A stretch of 64,000 bases of DNA, taken from contig CAVXTH010000009.1 of the NCBI GenBank assembly GCA_963764625.1, forward strand, positions 768,001-832,000, given 5' to 3'. The stretch's first letter is position 1. Every line of letters starts with the position of its first letter. Shown piece after piece: positions 19,366 through 29,020 of the stretch. This DNA comes from Candidatus Krumholzibacteriota bacterium (GTDB lineage: Bacteria > Krumholzibacteriota > Krumholzibacteriia > JAJRXK01). Under the pieces are notes generated by a model, which saw only the letters and a program-made list of their open reading frames with translations, ran no database searches and was not told the origin of the DNA. The translations under genes were made by a program, and so were the position numbers.

Positions 19366-20332
19366 CGGCCTCACCTCTTTGAAGTCGCGCGCGCCAATAC
19401 TCCAGTAGATCGTTCAGAGTTTGCTCCGCGGGGGTGGAAGGTGACCAACCCAGCAAAGCTTGGAGTTTCTTCACGTCGCCCACCAGGACTGGAACGTCCA
19501 GTGGGCGCAGTCGCTTCGGATCGACTCTTAGCTCGACTTCCCGGGTGGAAAGGGACCGAAGGATATCGAGTCCTCTCTCGATTGCCATGCCCTTCCCCGA
19601 GCAGACGTTGTAGACCTCACCCGGCTCACCCTTCTCGGCCAACTCCACGTACGCCCGGGCGACGTCGCGCACGTCGCTGAGATCACGTACCGCGGCCAGG
19701 TTTCCCACCAGGAGCTTACCCGGATCCTTCGAGTCTTGGCGTTCCTGCTCCGCGATCTGTCGCGCGAAACTGGAGAAGACGAAACGGTCGCTCTGACCGG
19801 GTCCGCTGTGGGTGAACGAACGGGTGCAGACGATGGGAAGCTGGTAGGCTTCGTGGTACTGCAAGCTCAGGAGAGTTTGCGCCACCTTACTGACGGCGTA
19901 GGGAGAGGCCGGGCGCAGCGCGTGATCTTCTCGCACCGGGATCTCGTTCTCGTCAAGAATGGGTCCATACTCCTCGCACGACCCCACCGAGAGAAAAACC
20001 GTATCCTTCTTCGAAGCGTGACGAATTCCCTCGAGTAAATTGACGGTAGTCTGCAAATTCACGTGCAGGGTTTCGCCCGGCCACTCGAAGGAACGCGCGG
20101 CGCTGCTCTGTGCGGCGAGGTGGAACACCGCGTCGGGCTGGTTCTGCCGCACGGCGCGTGCCACCGCTTCGGGGTCGAGAAGATCCAGCTCGAGTTCCTC
20201 GTGGCCACTCTCGTTTCGCTCAGCCCGTCCGGGGCGATCGATCCCCTGGACTTCTGTCCCGCGTCTGATGAGTTCTCGAATCAACCACGGCGCAACGAAG
20301 CCGTGGCTTCCCGTGACCCAGGCACGCTTCAA
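19358..20332 (-). CDS. GDP-mannose 4,6-dehydratase / Rmd-like extended SDR
   Basis: VTGSHGFV, HLAAQS, PYAVSK, GNL..VRD. Confidence 0.85.
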   Translation of the reverse strand: MKRAWVTGSHGFVAPWLIRELIRRGTEVQGIDRPGRAERNESGHEELELDLLDPEAVARAVRQNQPDAVFHLAAQSSAARSFEWPGETLHVNLQTTVNLLEGIRHASKKDTVFLSVGSCEEYGPILDENEIPVREDHALRPASPYAVSKVAQTLLSLQYHEAYQLPIVCTRSFTHSGPGQSDRFVFSSFARQIAEQERQDSKDPGKLLVGNLAAVRDLSDVRDVARAYVELAEKGEPGEVYNVCSGKGMAIERGLDILRSLSTREVELRVDPKRLRPLDVPVLVGDVKKLQALLGWSPSTPAEQTLNDLLEYWRARLQRGEAGG

Positions 20333-21303
20333 GAGTCGGAGCCTCCGGTGGAGGCGAGCGTCTTACGCCAGTGGTCCAGGATCTCATCGAGCGTATCTTC
20401 GAAGGGAATCTCTGGCTTCCATCCCGCGATCTTGTGGAATTTCTCTGCGCTACCCTTCAGGACCGGCACGTCACTCGGGCGGGCGCGCGCGGGATCGAAT
20501 TCGACTTTCACTTCCACCTCGCTGCGCGAGAGCAAGTGGTCCAGAATCTGACGAATGCTCCAGGCGCGGCCGCTGCAGAGATTGTAGACCTCACCGGACT
20601 CCGCTTTCTGCAGCGCGAGTTGATACCCTCTCACGATGTCCCGCACGTCGGTGAAGTCGCGCCGGGCTTCGAGGTTTCCCGCCTTGATGACGGGCTCGGC
20701 TTCGCCGCGTTCGATCCGCGCGATCTGCCAGGCGAAATTGGAGCACACGAAGACCTGTCCCCGGCGGGGCCCCGTGTGATTGAATCCGCGCGTGCGGACC
20801 ACGTCGATTCCATAGGAGCGAAAGTACTGATAGGCGAGAAGGTCTTGCGCCACCTTGCTCACCGCGTAGGGTGAGAGGGGGCGAAGAGGCTGGTCTTCGG
20901 TGATGGGCAGCTCCTCCTCATGGACGAGTCCATATTCCTCGCTGCTTCCGGCGATCTGAATGCGGGGCGAGATCTTCAGTTGCCTCACGGCCTCGAAGAG
21001 GTTGAGCTCTCCCTGGATGTTGGTGTCCAGAGTTGCGCCGGGGCTCGTCCACGAGGTCGGAACGAAGGACTGGGCGGCCAAATGGTAGATCTCGTCCGGG
21101 CGCGAGACCTCCAGTACATGGCGCATGGCGGCCGCGTCGGCGATGTCGCCCTCGACCAGCTGGACGCGGTCCTGAAGATGTCGGACGTTTTCGAGCCGGC
21201 TGCGCCAGCGATAGAGTCCATACACCTCGGTCCCGCGCTGAAGAAGCGCCTCCGCGAGGTGGCTGCCCACGAAACCAGTGTAACCGGTGATCAGTGCCCG
21301 CAT
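20329..21303 (-). CDS. GDP-mannose 4,6-dehydratase-like extended SDR
   Basis: ITGYTGFVG, YHLAAQSFV, GSSEEYG, PYAVSK, FNHTGPRR. Confidence 0.88.
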   Translation of the reverse strand: MRALITGYTGFVGSHLAEALLQRGTEVYGLYRWRSRLENVRHLQDRVQLVEGDIADAAAMRHVLEVSRPDEIYHLAAQSFVPTSWTSPGATLDTNIQGELNLFEAVRQLKISPRIQIAGSSEEYGLVHEEELPITEDQPLRPLSPYAVSKVAQDLLAYQYFRSYGIDVVRTRGFNHTGPRRGQVFVCSNFAWQIARIERGEAEPVIKAGNLEARRDFTDVRDIVRGYQLALQKAESGEVYNLCSGRAWSIRQILDHLLSRSEVEVKVEFDPARARPSDVPVLKGSAEKFHKIAGWKPEIPFEDTLDEILDHWRKTLASTGGSDS

Positions 21304-21471
21304 GTTTGGCGTTCTCCCGTGTTTCGTCCTTTGGGGCGACATGGCAAGCTGAGTCTTGGCATGAAGGAGAACCAAGGATACGGTGAAGCCGATCCGCGGT
21401 CAACGTAGCGCCCGCGTTGGAGTGGGCGCGAGCGCGGCGATCGACTCCGTCTGGGAAAGGAATCGTTTCCG

Positions 21472-22425
21472 GTGCAAACCTCGGTGGCATTCATCTTGGT
21501 GGTGGTAGGAGCGTTGGGCACCTGGCTCGGGGCCGAGATGCTGGTGCGCGGCGCGACCAGAATCGCGTTCCGTTTGGGAGTTCGTCCCATGGTGGTGGGG
21601 ATGACCGTGGTCGCGTTGGGGACCAGCGCGCCGGAAGCCGTCTCCTCGCTCACCGCGGCGCGCTTGGGTTCGGGCGGCCTGGCCCTGGGAAACGTGCTGG
21701 GTTCCAACATCGCGAACATCGGCCTGATCCTGGGGATCCTGGGGTTGATGCGGCCCATCCAGGTCAGCTGGGCTCTGGTCAGGTCGGAGATCCGGATTCT
21801 GGTGGCGGTGACTTGCTTGGGGGTGGCTCTGGCTCTCTTCCCGCGCGGGTTCTCCGTTCTGGACGGGGTGATTCTGCTCGCAGGCCTGGGTCTGTTCTGC
21901 TGGTACTACCTGCGCAGCGATCACGCGGTCAGCGAGACCCCTCTTTCGGGGCAGGAAATCACCCGAGAAGGTGGAGTCGTCTTCCCGCTGTCGATGGTGC
22001 TCCTCGGCCTCGTGTTTCTGGTGGGCGGCGCCGCCGCCCTGGTGAACGGCGCCCGGACGGTGGCGCTTCGGATGGGGATCGACGAGAGCGTGGTTGGCGC
22101 CACCCTGGTGGCGGTGGGCACCTCACTCCCGGAGCTGGCCGCGTCGATCGTGGCGGTGCTTCGCGGACAGCACGAAATCGGAGTGGGCAACATCCTCGGC
22201 TCGAACATTCTGAATTTGCTCTTCGTACTGGGGATCAGCGCCACCTTTGGTGGGCACTTCATTCCCTACGACTCCAAGTCCACTGGCTTTCTACTTTTCG
22301 TGATGGTCTTCTTTACCCTGGCCGTGATTCCCATCCTGCATCGGCATGGGCGCGTGGAAAGGCCAGAAGCGGCGGCACTCTTGCTGCTCTACATCGCGTT
22401 CTCGATCTACGTCTACCGTTTCTAG
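21472..22425 (+). CDS. calcium/sodium antiporter (YrbG/CaCA family)
   Basis: Two alpha repeats: GTSAPE..GNVLGSN and GTSLPE..GNILGSN. Confidence 0.93.
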   Translation: MQTSVAFILVVVGALGTWLGAEMLVRGATRIAFRLGVRPMVVGMTVVALGTSAPEAVSSLTAARLGSGGLALGNVLGSNIANIGLILGILGLMRPIQVSWALVRSEIRILVAVTCLGVALALFPRGFSVLDGVILLAGLGLFCWYYLRSDHAVSETPLSGQEITREGGVVFPLSMVLLGLVFLVGGAAALVNGARTVALRMGIDESVVGATLVAVGTSLPELAASIVAVLRGQHEIGVGNILGSNILNLLFVLGISATFGGHFIPYDSKSTGFLLFVMVFFTLAVIPILHRHGRVERPEAAALLLLYIAFSIYVYRF

Positions 22426-22447
22426 CTTCTCCACACCGGAGCCGAAC

Positions 22448-23551
22448 GTGAAGCGCAGCTCTCCTCATCTCTTGAACTGGCTCGGTCGTCTCATCGATCC
22501 CACTGTCCTGAGCTCACCGCTCTTGGCTCCGGACGCGGCTACCCTGGAGTTGGCGAACGCCAACGGAATGCTCTCATTGCTCCATCGAGTGCTGGTCGAC
22601 GACGGAGTCTTCGGCGAGCTTCCTCCTCTGCTGAAGAAGAGGATGCACGACGCGCGCGACCAAGAGATCACGCTGGACCTGAAGATCCACGAGGCGACCC
22701 GCGGCCTGGCCGAGGAGTTTGCCACGGCCGCGATTCCCGTGATCGCGCTAAACGGAACCGCATTGCGTAGCGTGCTCTATGAACCTCGGGGGTGGACCCA
22801 CGCCCCCGACGGTATCGATCTCCTCTTGGGCCGCGATTCGATGGAGGAGGCGGAGAAGCTCCTCGATGCCTGCGGATTCGTCCGTCTGGGGCAGAATCCG
22901 CCGGAGTTCTACGTGCATCACCATCGCGCCGAACCGCGAACCTTGCCCGGTTGCCCCGCGCTGCGGCTCGAACTCCACTGGGACCTGGCGCGTTCGCCTC
23001 ACTCCTTTCATCTCGACCTGGACGGAATGTGGCAGCGCGCGATTCCTCTGTCCCCCCACGAGGGAAGCCTGCTGCGGCTGGTCGATTCCGATCTGCTGGT
23101 TCAGCTGTGCTTGCGCATCGATCACGACGAGAACTACGCGGGCTGCATGCGCGCGTTGGTGGAAGCGTTGGCCTTCGCACGCCACCGGCGCGTCGATGGT
23201 CACACCCTCTCCCTGCGGGCGCGAGAAGCGAGAGCGCAGATGGAGGTGAGCCGGGTGTTGGGTTTGGCGAGTTTGTTCCTGGGACTGGGCGCACCGGCCG
23301 GCCTGCCGCTCAACCGGGGGCCCAAAGGTCTACGGGGTAGGAGTTGGCGCGCGCTCGTGCAGCGCACTCTCTGGCGTCAACATGAGGGCGGGATGCTTCC
23401 ACTTTGGTACTTGAATTACGCGACCGAGGTTCTTCTGCGTGCGAAGTCGTCTCCGCATGCCCTCGCGCTGCTTCTGAAGCCGGTGCTCTCCAACCCGCGG
23501 CTCGGTGGCCGCGGCTTCGTGCATCCGCGCCGCGAGGAGCTCGAGGATTAA
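22448..23551 (+). CDS. nucleotidyltransferase family protein (NTP_transf_5-like), degenerate motifs
   Basis: IPVIALNG..L...LY...DGIDLLL...LELHW pattern. Confidence 0.7.
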   Translation: MKRSSPHLLNWLGRLIDPTVLSSPLLAPDAATLELANANGMLSLLHRVLVDDGVFGELPPLLKKRMHDARDQEITLDLKIHEATRGLAEEFATAAIPVIALNGTALRSVLYEPRGWTHAPDGIDLLLGRDSMEEAEKLLDACGFVRLGQNPPEFYVHHHRAEPRTLPGCPALRLELHWDLARSPHSFHLDLDGMWQRAIPLSPHEGSLLRLVDSDLLVQLCLRIDHDENYAGCMRALVEALAFARHRRVDGHTLSLRAREARAQMEVSRVLGLASLFLGLGAPAGLPLNRGPKGLRGRSWRALVQRTLWRQHEGGMLPLWYLNYATEVLLRAKSSPHALALLLKPVLSNPRLGGRGFVHPRREELED

Positions 23552-23841
23552 CTCGCCTCCGGCGGGGACACCACGAGCAGATTCTCACTTTCCAACGCGT
23601 TTAGAAAAGCCTCGAAGTCCTGCCGGGCGGTTTCCTCGACGACGTCGAATGACTCGACGATTTTCGCCAAAATCTGCGCGTTCGAAGCTTGACCGTCACA
23701 GAGATCCCAGATGAAGAGCGCAACCGGATTCAGACTGAAATAAAAGCCCGTCTCCAGGTTCACGAGGATTCCCTCTTCCTCGACGGCTTGCCAGCGAACT
23801 TGCTCGTTTCGGCTCGGGCGAAAGTCGGGGTCGAAAACCAC
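23548..23841 (-). CDS. stand-alone PqqD family protein / RiPP recognition element (RRE)
   Basis: ILVNLETGFYFSLNPVALFIWDLCDG...FDV..ETARQDFEAFLNAL; GGAGG before GTG 23841 (alternative ATG 23859). Confidence 0.88.
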   Translation of the reverse strand: MVFDPDFRPSRNEQVRWQAVEEEGILVNLETGFYFSLNPVALFIWDLCDGQASNAQILAKIVESFDVVEETARQDFEAFLNALESENLLVVSPPEAS

Positions 23842-23877
23842 GGTTCCTCCAAAGGGCATAGGACCGGTCGGAAAGGG

Positions 23878-23906
23878 AGGTTAGAGGGCACAGAGGGAGC
23901 TGTCAA
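23878..23906 (-). promoter_or_regulatory. sigma70-type promoter of the PqqD/RRE gene
   Basis: TTGACA-17 bp-TAACCT on the minus strand. Confidence 0.7.
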
Positions 23907-23951
23907 TCGCCTAGGCGCGCGCACCGTAAGAGAATTTGACTGCAGAAACCC

Positions 23952-23969
23952 AAATAGACGATTCTATTT
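23952..23969. promoter_or_regulatory. AT-rich palindromic operator candidate
   Basis: AAATAGA-CGAT-TCTATTT perfect inverted repeat just downstream of TTGACT. Confidence 0.5.
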
Positions 23970-24094
23970 TAGTCCACCCCTGAAGGCGCGGGGCCGGGGG
24001 GGGATTCGGGGCTTTGCGGTGGGCAAACCGTGGACTTGTGCTACTTTTCCCTCTCCGCGGAGAGCCAACCCGGAGAAAACCGAGGAGAGGACAC

Positions 24095-25495
24095 GTGCCA
24101 GAGAGAGAGTACGAAGTTCTGGTGGTGGGAGCGGGCCCCGGCGGCTACGTCGCCGCGATTCGCAGCGCGCAGCTGGGAATGAAGACCGCGATCGTCGAAA
24201 GGGATCAGCGTCTGGGCGGGACCTGCCTGCTGCGAGGGTGCATCCCCACTAAGGCCATGCTCCACGCGGCCGATCTGGTCACCGAGATTCGGCGAGCCAA
24301 GAGCGCCGGGATCCAGGTGGGTGGGGTCGAGATCGATTTCAGTGGCGTGATGAAGTCGAAGGAGGCCGCGGTCACCAAGAACTCCAAGGGCGTCGATTTC
24401 CTCATGAAGAAGAACAAGATCGACGTACTCCACGGGCACGCGACGCTCCTGGCCGCAGGCAAACTCGCGCTGAAGGGTGAGAACTCAAGTCAGGAGATCT
24501 CCGCCAGCAAGGGGATCATTCTGGCCATGGGCAGTCGCCCGCGCGCGATTGGGGCCTTCGAGGTCGACGGCAAGAAGATCGTGGACAGCGATCAGATTCT
24601 TCAGTTGAAGGAGATCCCTGAGCGCCTGGCGGTCCTGGGCGCCGGTGCGGTGGGCGTCGAGTTCGCCTCGATCTTCTCCCGCTTCGGCAGCAAGCTCACC
24701 CTCATCGAAATGCTGCCGCGCATCGTGCCCCTGGAAGACGAGGAGATCAGCGCCGAGCTCACGAAATCGTTCAAGAAGCAGGGCATGGACGTGCGAGCGG
24801 GAACCACTCTTCAGTCAGCCAAGGTCAAGGGCAACACGGTCGAGCTCGTCACTTCCAAGGACGAGAAGAAGGACACGATCGAGGCGGACATGCTGCTCGT
24901 CGCGGTGGGGCGCGCCCCAAACAGCGAGAATTGTGGCTTGCAAGAAGCGGGGGTCAAACTGGAGAAGGGCTACGTGGTGGTGGACGAGTACATGCGTACC
25001 GCTCTTCCCAAGGTGTATGCGATCGGTGACCTCGTACCCACGCCGCAGTTCGCGCACACGGCGAGCGCGGAGGGAATCGTCGCCGCGGAACACATCGCGC
25101 AGGTTTCGACCCGCCCGCTCGACTACGAGAAAACCCCGGGATGCACCTACTGCTATCCCGAGGTGGCGAGCATCGGGCTCAGCGAGGCCGAGGCGAAATC
25201 CCGCGGCTACGAGGTGGCCATCGGCAAGTTTCCCTGGGCCGCCAGCGGCAAGGCGCGAATCCTGGGAGAGAGCGGCGGATTCGTGAAGATCGTGCGCGAG
25301 ACGCGCTACGACGAAATCCTCGGAATCCACATCATCGGCCCCCACGCGACCGATCTAATCGGTGAGGCATGCGCTCTCTTGGGTCTGGAAGCGACCAACG
25401 AGGAGTTGACGCGCATCGTCCATCCGCACCCGACCCTCACGGAAGCCATGATGGAAGCCGGCCACGATGCGGCCGGCCACGCGATAGGGATGTGA
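24095..25495 (+). CDS. lpdA: dihydrolipoyl dehydrogenase (E3)
   Basis: GAGPGG, GGTCLLRGCIPTK, HPHPTLTE. Confidence 0.96.
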   Translation: MPEREYEVLVVGAGPGGYVAAIRSAQLGMKTAIVERDQRLGGTCLLRGCIPTKAMLHAADLVTEIRRAKSAGIQVGGVEIDFSGVMKSKEAAVTKNSKGVDFLMKKNKIDVLHGHATLLAAGKLALKGENSSQEISASKGIILAMGSRPRAIGAFEVDGKKIVDSDQILQLKEIPERLAVLGAGAVGVEFASIFSRFGSKLTLIEMLPRIVPLEDEEISAELTKSFKKQGMDVRAGTTLQSAKVKGNTVELVTSKDEKKDTIEADMLLVAVGRAPNSENCGLQEAGVKLEKGYVVVDEYMRTALPKVYAIGDLVPTPQFAHTASAEGIVAAEHIAQVSTRPLDYEKTPGCTYCYPEVASIGLSEAEAKSRGYEVAIGKFPWAASGKARILGESGGFVKIVRETRYDEILGIHIIGPHATDLIGEACALLGLEATNEELTRIVHPHPTLTEAMMEAGHDAAGHAIGM

Positions 25496-25497
25496 GC

Positions 25498-26547
25498 ATG
25501 GGTTTCAACGTCGCCGATCCCGTTCCCCCGCTTCTGCGCCACACCACGGCGCGCTTGGGCAAGAAACAACTGCTCGAGTTGTACCGTTACATGATCCTCA
25601 CTCGCATGACCGAGGATCGCCTGAGCAAGCTCTATCGCCAGGGCAAGGTGGTCGGCGGACTCTATAGCTCTCTGGGACAGGAGGCGGTGGCGGTCGGAAC
25701 CGCGTACGCCCTGGAAAAGGGAGACCGGATGGGTGCGCTCATCCGCGACCTGGGATCGCTCATGGTCAAGGGCATCCGACCGCGCGAGATCTTCACCCAG
25801 TATCTCGCCCGCGGCAGTAGTCCCTCGTTCGGCCGCGATGGCAACACGCACTTCGGACCGATCGAACGCGATCTCATCGCTCCCATCTCCATGCTGGGAG
25901 CGATGATCCCGGTCCTCGCCGGAACCGCTTTGGTGGCCAAGCTGCGCAAGACGAAGCGGGTCGCGATGACTTACATCGGCGACGGAGGGGCTTCCACCGG
26001 GGACTTTCACGAGGGGCTGAACTTGGCTGCGGTCTGGAAACTTCCTCTCATTCTCATCTGCGAAAACAACGGCTACGCGTACAGCACGCCCACCGCGGCG
26101 CAGACCGGCAACCCGCGCTTTGCCGATCGGGCCAAGGCCTACGGCATCAAGGGAGAGCGGGTCGACGGAAACGACGTCATCGCGGTCTACCACTCCACCG
26201 CGCGCGCGGTTCGCCGCTGCCGCAAGGGAGAAGGTCCCATTTTGCTCGAAATGCTCACCTTCCGCCGTCGCGGACATGCGGAGCACGACGACGCAGGCTA
26301 CGTTCCCAAGGATCTTCTCAAGTACTGGGAGGCGCGCGACCCCATCGACCGGCTCCGCAGCTACCTCCTCTTGGAAGGCTTGGTCACGCAGCCCCAACTC
26401 GACGCCATGCGCGACGCCATCGCCAATGAACTCGAGGAAGATGCCGAGTTCGCTCTGAACTCGCCCCTGCCCGATCCCTCGATGGCCTTCGGCGGAGTGT
26501 ACGCGGAAGATCACGATCCGCGCGTCTCCAAGGCAGAGGAGGCGTGA
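25498..26547 (+). CDS. 2-oxoacid (pyruvate/branched-chain) dehydrogenase E1 alpha
   Basis: GQEA, GDG..(TPP motif)..NN, DGND, RRRGH. Confidence 0.92.
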   Translation: MGFNVADPVPPLLRHTTARLGKKQLLELYRYMILTRMTEDRLSKLYRQGKVVGGLYSSLGQEAVAVGTAYALEKGDRMGALIRDLGSLMVKGIRPREIFTQYLARGSSPSFGRDGNTHFGPIERDLIAPISMLGAMIPVLAGTALVAKLRKTKRVAMTYIGDGGASTGDFHEGLNLAAVWKLPLILICENNGYAYSTPTAAQTGNPRFADRAKAYGIKGERVDGNDVIAVYHSTARAVRRCRKGEGPILLEMLTFRRRGHAEHDDAGYVPKDLLKYWEARDPIDRLRSYLLLEGLVTQPQLDAMRDAIANELEEDAEFALNSPLPDPSMAFGGVYAEDHDPRVSKAEEA

Positions 26548-27527
26548 TGGCTGAACGGACTTACATCGAAGCGATTCACGACGGGTTGTGGGAGGAGATG
26601 GAGCGCGACGAATCAGTTCTGCTCATGGGAGAAGACGTCGGACACTATGGCGGCGCGTTTCGGGCCACCTCAGGACTGCTCGAACATTTCGGACCACAGC
26701 GCGTTCTGGACACCCCGATCTCCGAATCGGCCATCGTGGGATGCGCCATCGGCGCCGCGCTGGAGGGCATGCGGCCGGTGGTCGAGATGCAGTTCATCGA
26801 CTTCATCGCCTGCGCATTCAACATGCTCGTCAACTGGGCCGCGAAAGCGCGTTATCGACTGGGCTACGCCCTACCCATGGTCGTTCGCGGACCTTCGGGA
26901 GGCGGTGTGCACGGGGGACCGTTCCACAGTCAAAACGTGGAGAGCTTCTTCACCTCCACTCCTGGCTTGAAGATCGTGCAACCGGCCACCGCGCGCGACG
27001 CGAAGGGACTCTTGAAGGCGGCGATTCGCGACGACGATCCCGTTCTTTTTCTCGAGCACAAGTTTCTCTACCGAAGGATCAAAGAGGACCTAGAGGACGA
27101 CGAGGAGATCCTCACTCCCCTGGGGAAAGCCGCCACTCTGCGGGAAGGAGACGATCTGGCGATCATCAGCTACGGAGCGATGGTCCACACCGCATTGCAG
27201 GCGGCGCAGCAGCTTTTTGAGGAAGATGGCGTCGAGGCCGAGGTTCTCGATTTGCGGAGTCTAGTTCCCTTGGATGAAGAGGCGGTCTTGGCGGCGGCGC
27301 GGCGCAGTGGGCGCGTGCTTCTGCTGCACGAAGCGACTCTGAACGGCGGATTCGGCGGTGAACTCGCGGCACGCATCGCCGAGAAGGCGTTCGAGTGGTT
27401 GGACGCGCCCCTGATGCGGCTGGCGTCGCCCGACAGCGCCGTACCGTACAGTCCACCCTTGGAAGAGGCGTTCTTGCCTCAGGTCGCGCAGGTGGTGGCG
27501 AAGGCTCGGACTCTGGTGCGATACTAA
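26544..27527 (+). CDS. 2-oxoacid dehydrogenase E1 beta
   Basis: GEDVG, DTPISE, EMQF, FHSQ, DLRSL.PLD. Confidence 0.93.
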   Translation: MMAERTYIEAIHDGLWEEMERDESVLLMGEDVGHYGGAFRATSGLLEHFGPQRVLDTPISESAIVGCAIGAALEGMRPVVEMQFIDFIACAFNMLVNWAAKARYRLGYALPMVVRGPSGGGVHGGPFHSQNVESFFTSTPGLKIVQPATARDAKGLLKAAIRDDDPVLFLEHKFLYRRIKEDLEDDEEILTPLGKAATLREGDDLAIISYGAMVHTALQAAQQLFEEDGVEAEVLDLRSLVPLDEEAVLAAARRSGRVLLLHEATLNGGFGGELAARIAEKAFEWLDAPLMRLASPDSAVPYSPPLEEAFLPQVAQVVAKARTLVRY

Positions 27528-27591
27528 GAGTTTGGGCGGCTCTTTCCAGTTCTCAACGAGTGCCAGTCGCGGATGCTGGCCGGGAGGAACC

Positions 27592-29007
27592 ATGGCAAGC
27601 GAAGTGATCATGCCTCAGATGGGCGAGAGTATCGCCGAGGGCACCATCACCAAGTGGCTCAAGAAGGTGGGGGATTCGGTCGAACACGACGAGCCCCTGT
27701 TCGAGATCTCGACCGACAAAGTCGACGCGGAGATTCCGGCTCCCCAGGCGGGAACCCTTCTGGAGATCCTGGTGGGGGAAGGGGAAACGGTGGAGATCAA
27801 CACCGTGGTCGCGCGCATTGGCACAGAAGACGGCGCCGGCGCCAAGGGTGCCACTGTGGAGACCCCGAAGCCTTCGGACGGAGCCCCCGCGCCGCAGGCG
27901 ACTGCTTCGCCCTCCGCCGAGCCCCGCCCAAAGAGCCAGGCTCCGGCGAAGTCCGAGCTCACCCCCAATGCGTCGCAGCCCACCCCGCAGGGTCCTGCTT
28001 CTAAAGCGGAGCGCATCCGCACCAAGAGCTCGCCGGTGGTGCGCAAGATCGCGGCCGAGCACGGGATCGACATTAGCTCGATTCAAGGGAGCGGAATCCA
28101 GGGACGGGTGACCAAGAGGGACATCCTGGCCTATATCGAGAAAGGTGGCGCCCCGGCCGCGGCACCGGCCCAAACTCTCTCGCGTGCCCCCGCGCTGGCT
28201 TTCGCCGCGCAGGGCGGCGCGCAGGAGCGCGTCTCAGCTGAGAGCGGTTCGATGCTGGGAGTGAGCGCTTGGCCGGCCAAGAAGGTAGAGGCCTATCTCT
28301 CCACTCCAGGAGCGAACGATACGGTCGAGCCCCTATCGCAGATGCGCAAGAAGATCGCCGAGCACATGGTCATCTCCAAAGCGCTGTCGCCGCACGTCCA
28401 CAGCCTGTACGAAGTCGATATGAGTCGAGTCGACGAGTTGCGCAAGGCGCACCGCGACGAGTTCATCAAGGCTTCCGGAGGCGCCAATCTCAGCTACACC
28501 GTGTTCATGGTGAAGGCCGTCGTCGACGCGCTCCGTGCCACTCCGGTGGTGAACGCGTCGGTGCTGGGCGACGAAGTGATCTACCACAACGACATCAACG
28601 TGGGGTTAGCGGTAGCGCTCGAACAGGGTCTCATCGTTCCGGTGATTCGCCGCGCCCAGGACCTCTCCATGACCGGGATCGCGCGCGCCATCGACGACCT
28701 GGCCACCAGGGCACGAAACCGTCAGCTCGAGCTCGGTGAAATCCAGGGCTCCACCTTCTCCATCACCAACCCGGGCTCCTTCGGCGGCCTCATCGGCTTC
28801 CCGGTTATCTCCCAGCCCAACGTGGCGATCCTGGGGATGGGAACGGTGGAGAAGCGGGTTTGCGTGATCAACGATGCCATCGCCATCCGGCCGAAGATGT
28901 ACATGACGCTGGGCTATGATCACCGCCTGGTGGACGGGGCCACGGCCGAGGTATTCCTGAGCTCGGTGAAGAAGACTCTGGAGAACTTCGACGAAACCGC
29001 GCTCTAG
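27592..29007 (+). CDS. dihydrolipoamide acyltransferase (E2)
   Basis: Lipoyl domain STDKV, E3-binding GSG..GRVTK, catalytic DHRLVDG. Confidence 0.95.
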   Translation: MASEVIMPQMGESIAEGTITKWLKKVGDSVEHDEPLFEISTDKVDAEIPAPQAGTLLEILVGEGETVEINTVVARIGTEDGAGAKGATVETPKPSDGAPAPQATASPSAEPRPKSQAPAKSELTPNASQPTPQGPASKAERIRTKSSPVVRKIAAEHGIDISSIQGSGIQGRVTKRDILAYIEKGGAPAAAPAQTLSRAPALAFAAQGGAQERVSAESGSMLGVSAWPAKKVEAYLSTPGANDTVEPLSQMRKKIAEHMVISKALSPHVHSLYEVDMSRVDELRKAHRDEFIKASGGANLSYTVFMVKAVVDALRATPVVNASVLGDEVIYHNDINVGLAVALEQGLIVPVIRRAQDLSMTGIARAIDDLATRARNRQLELGEIQGSTFSITNPGSFGGLIGFPVISQPNVAILGMGTVEKRVCVINDAIAIRPKMYMTLGYDHRLVDGATAEVFLSSVKKTLENFDETAL

Positions 29008-29020
29008 CCGGAGGGCGCCG

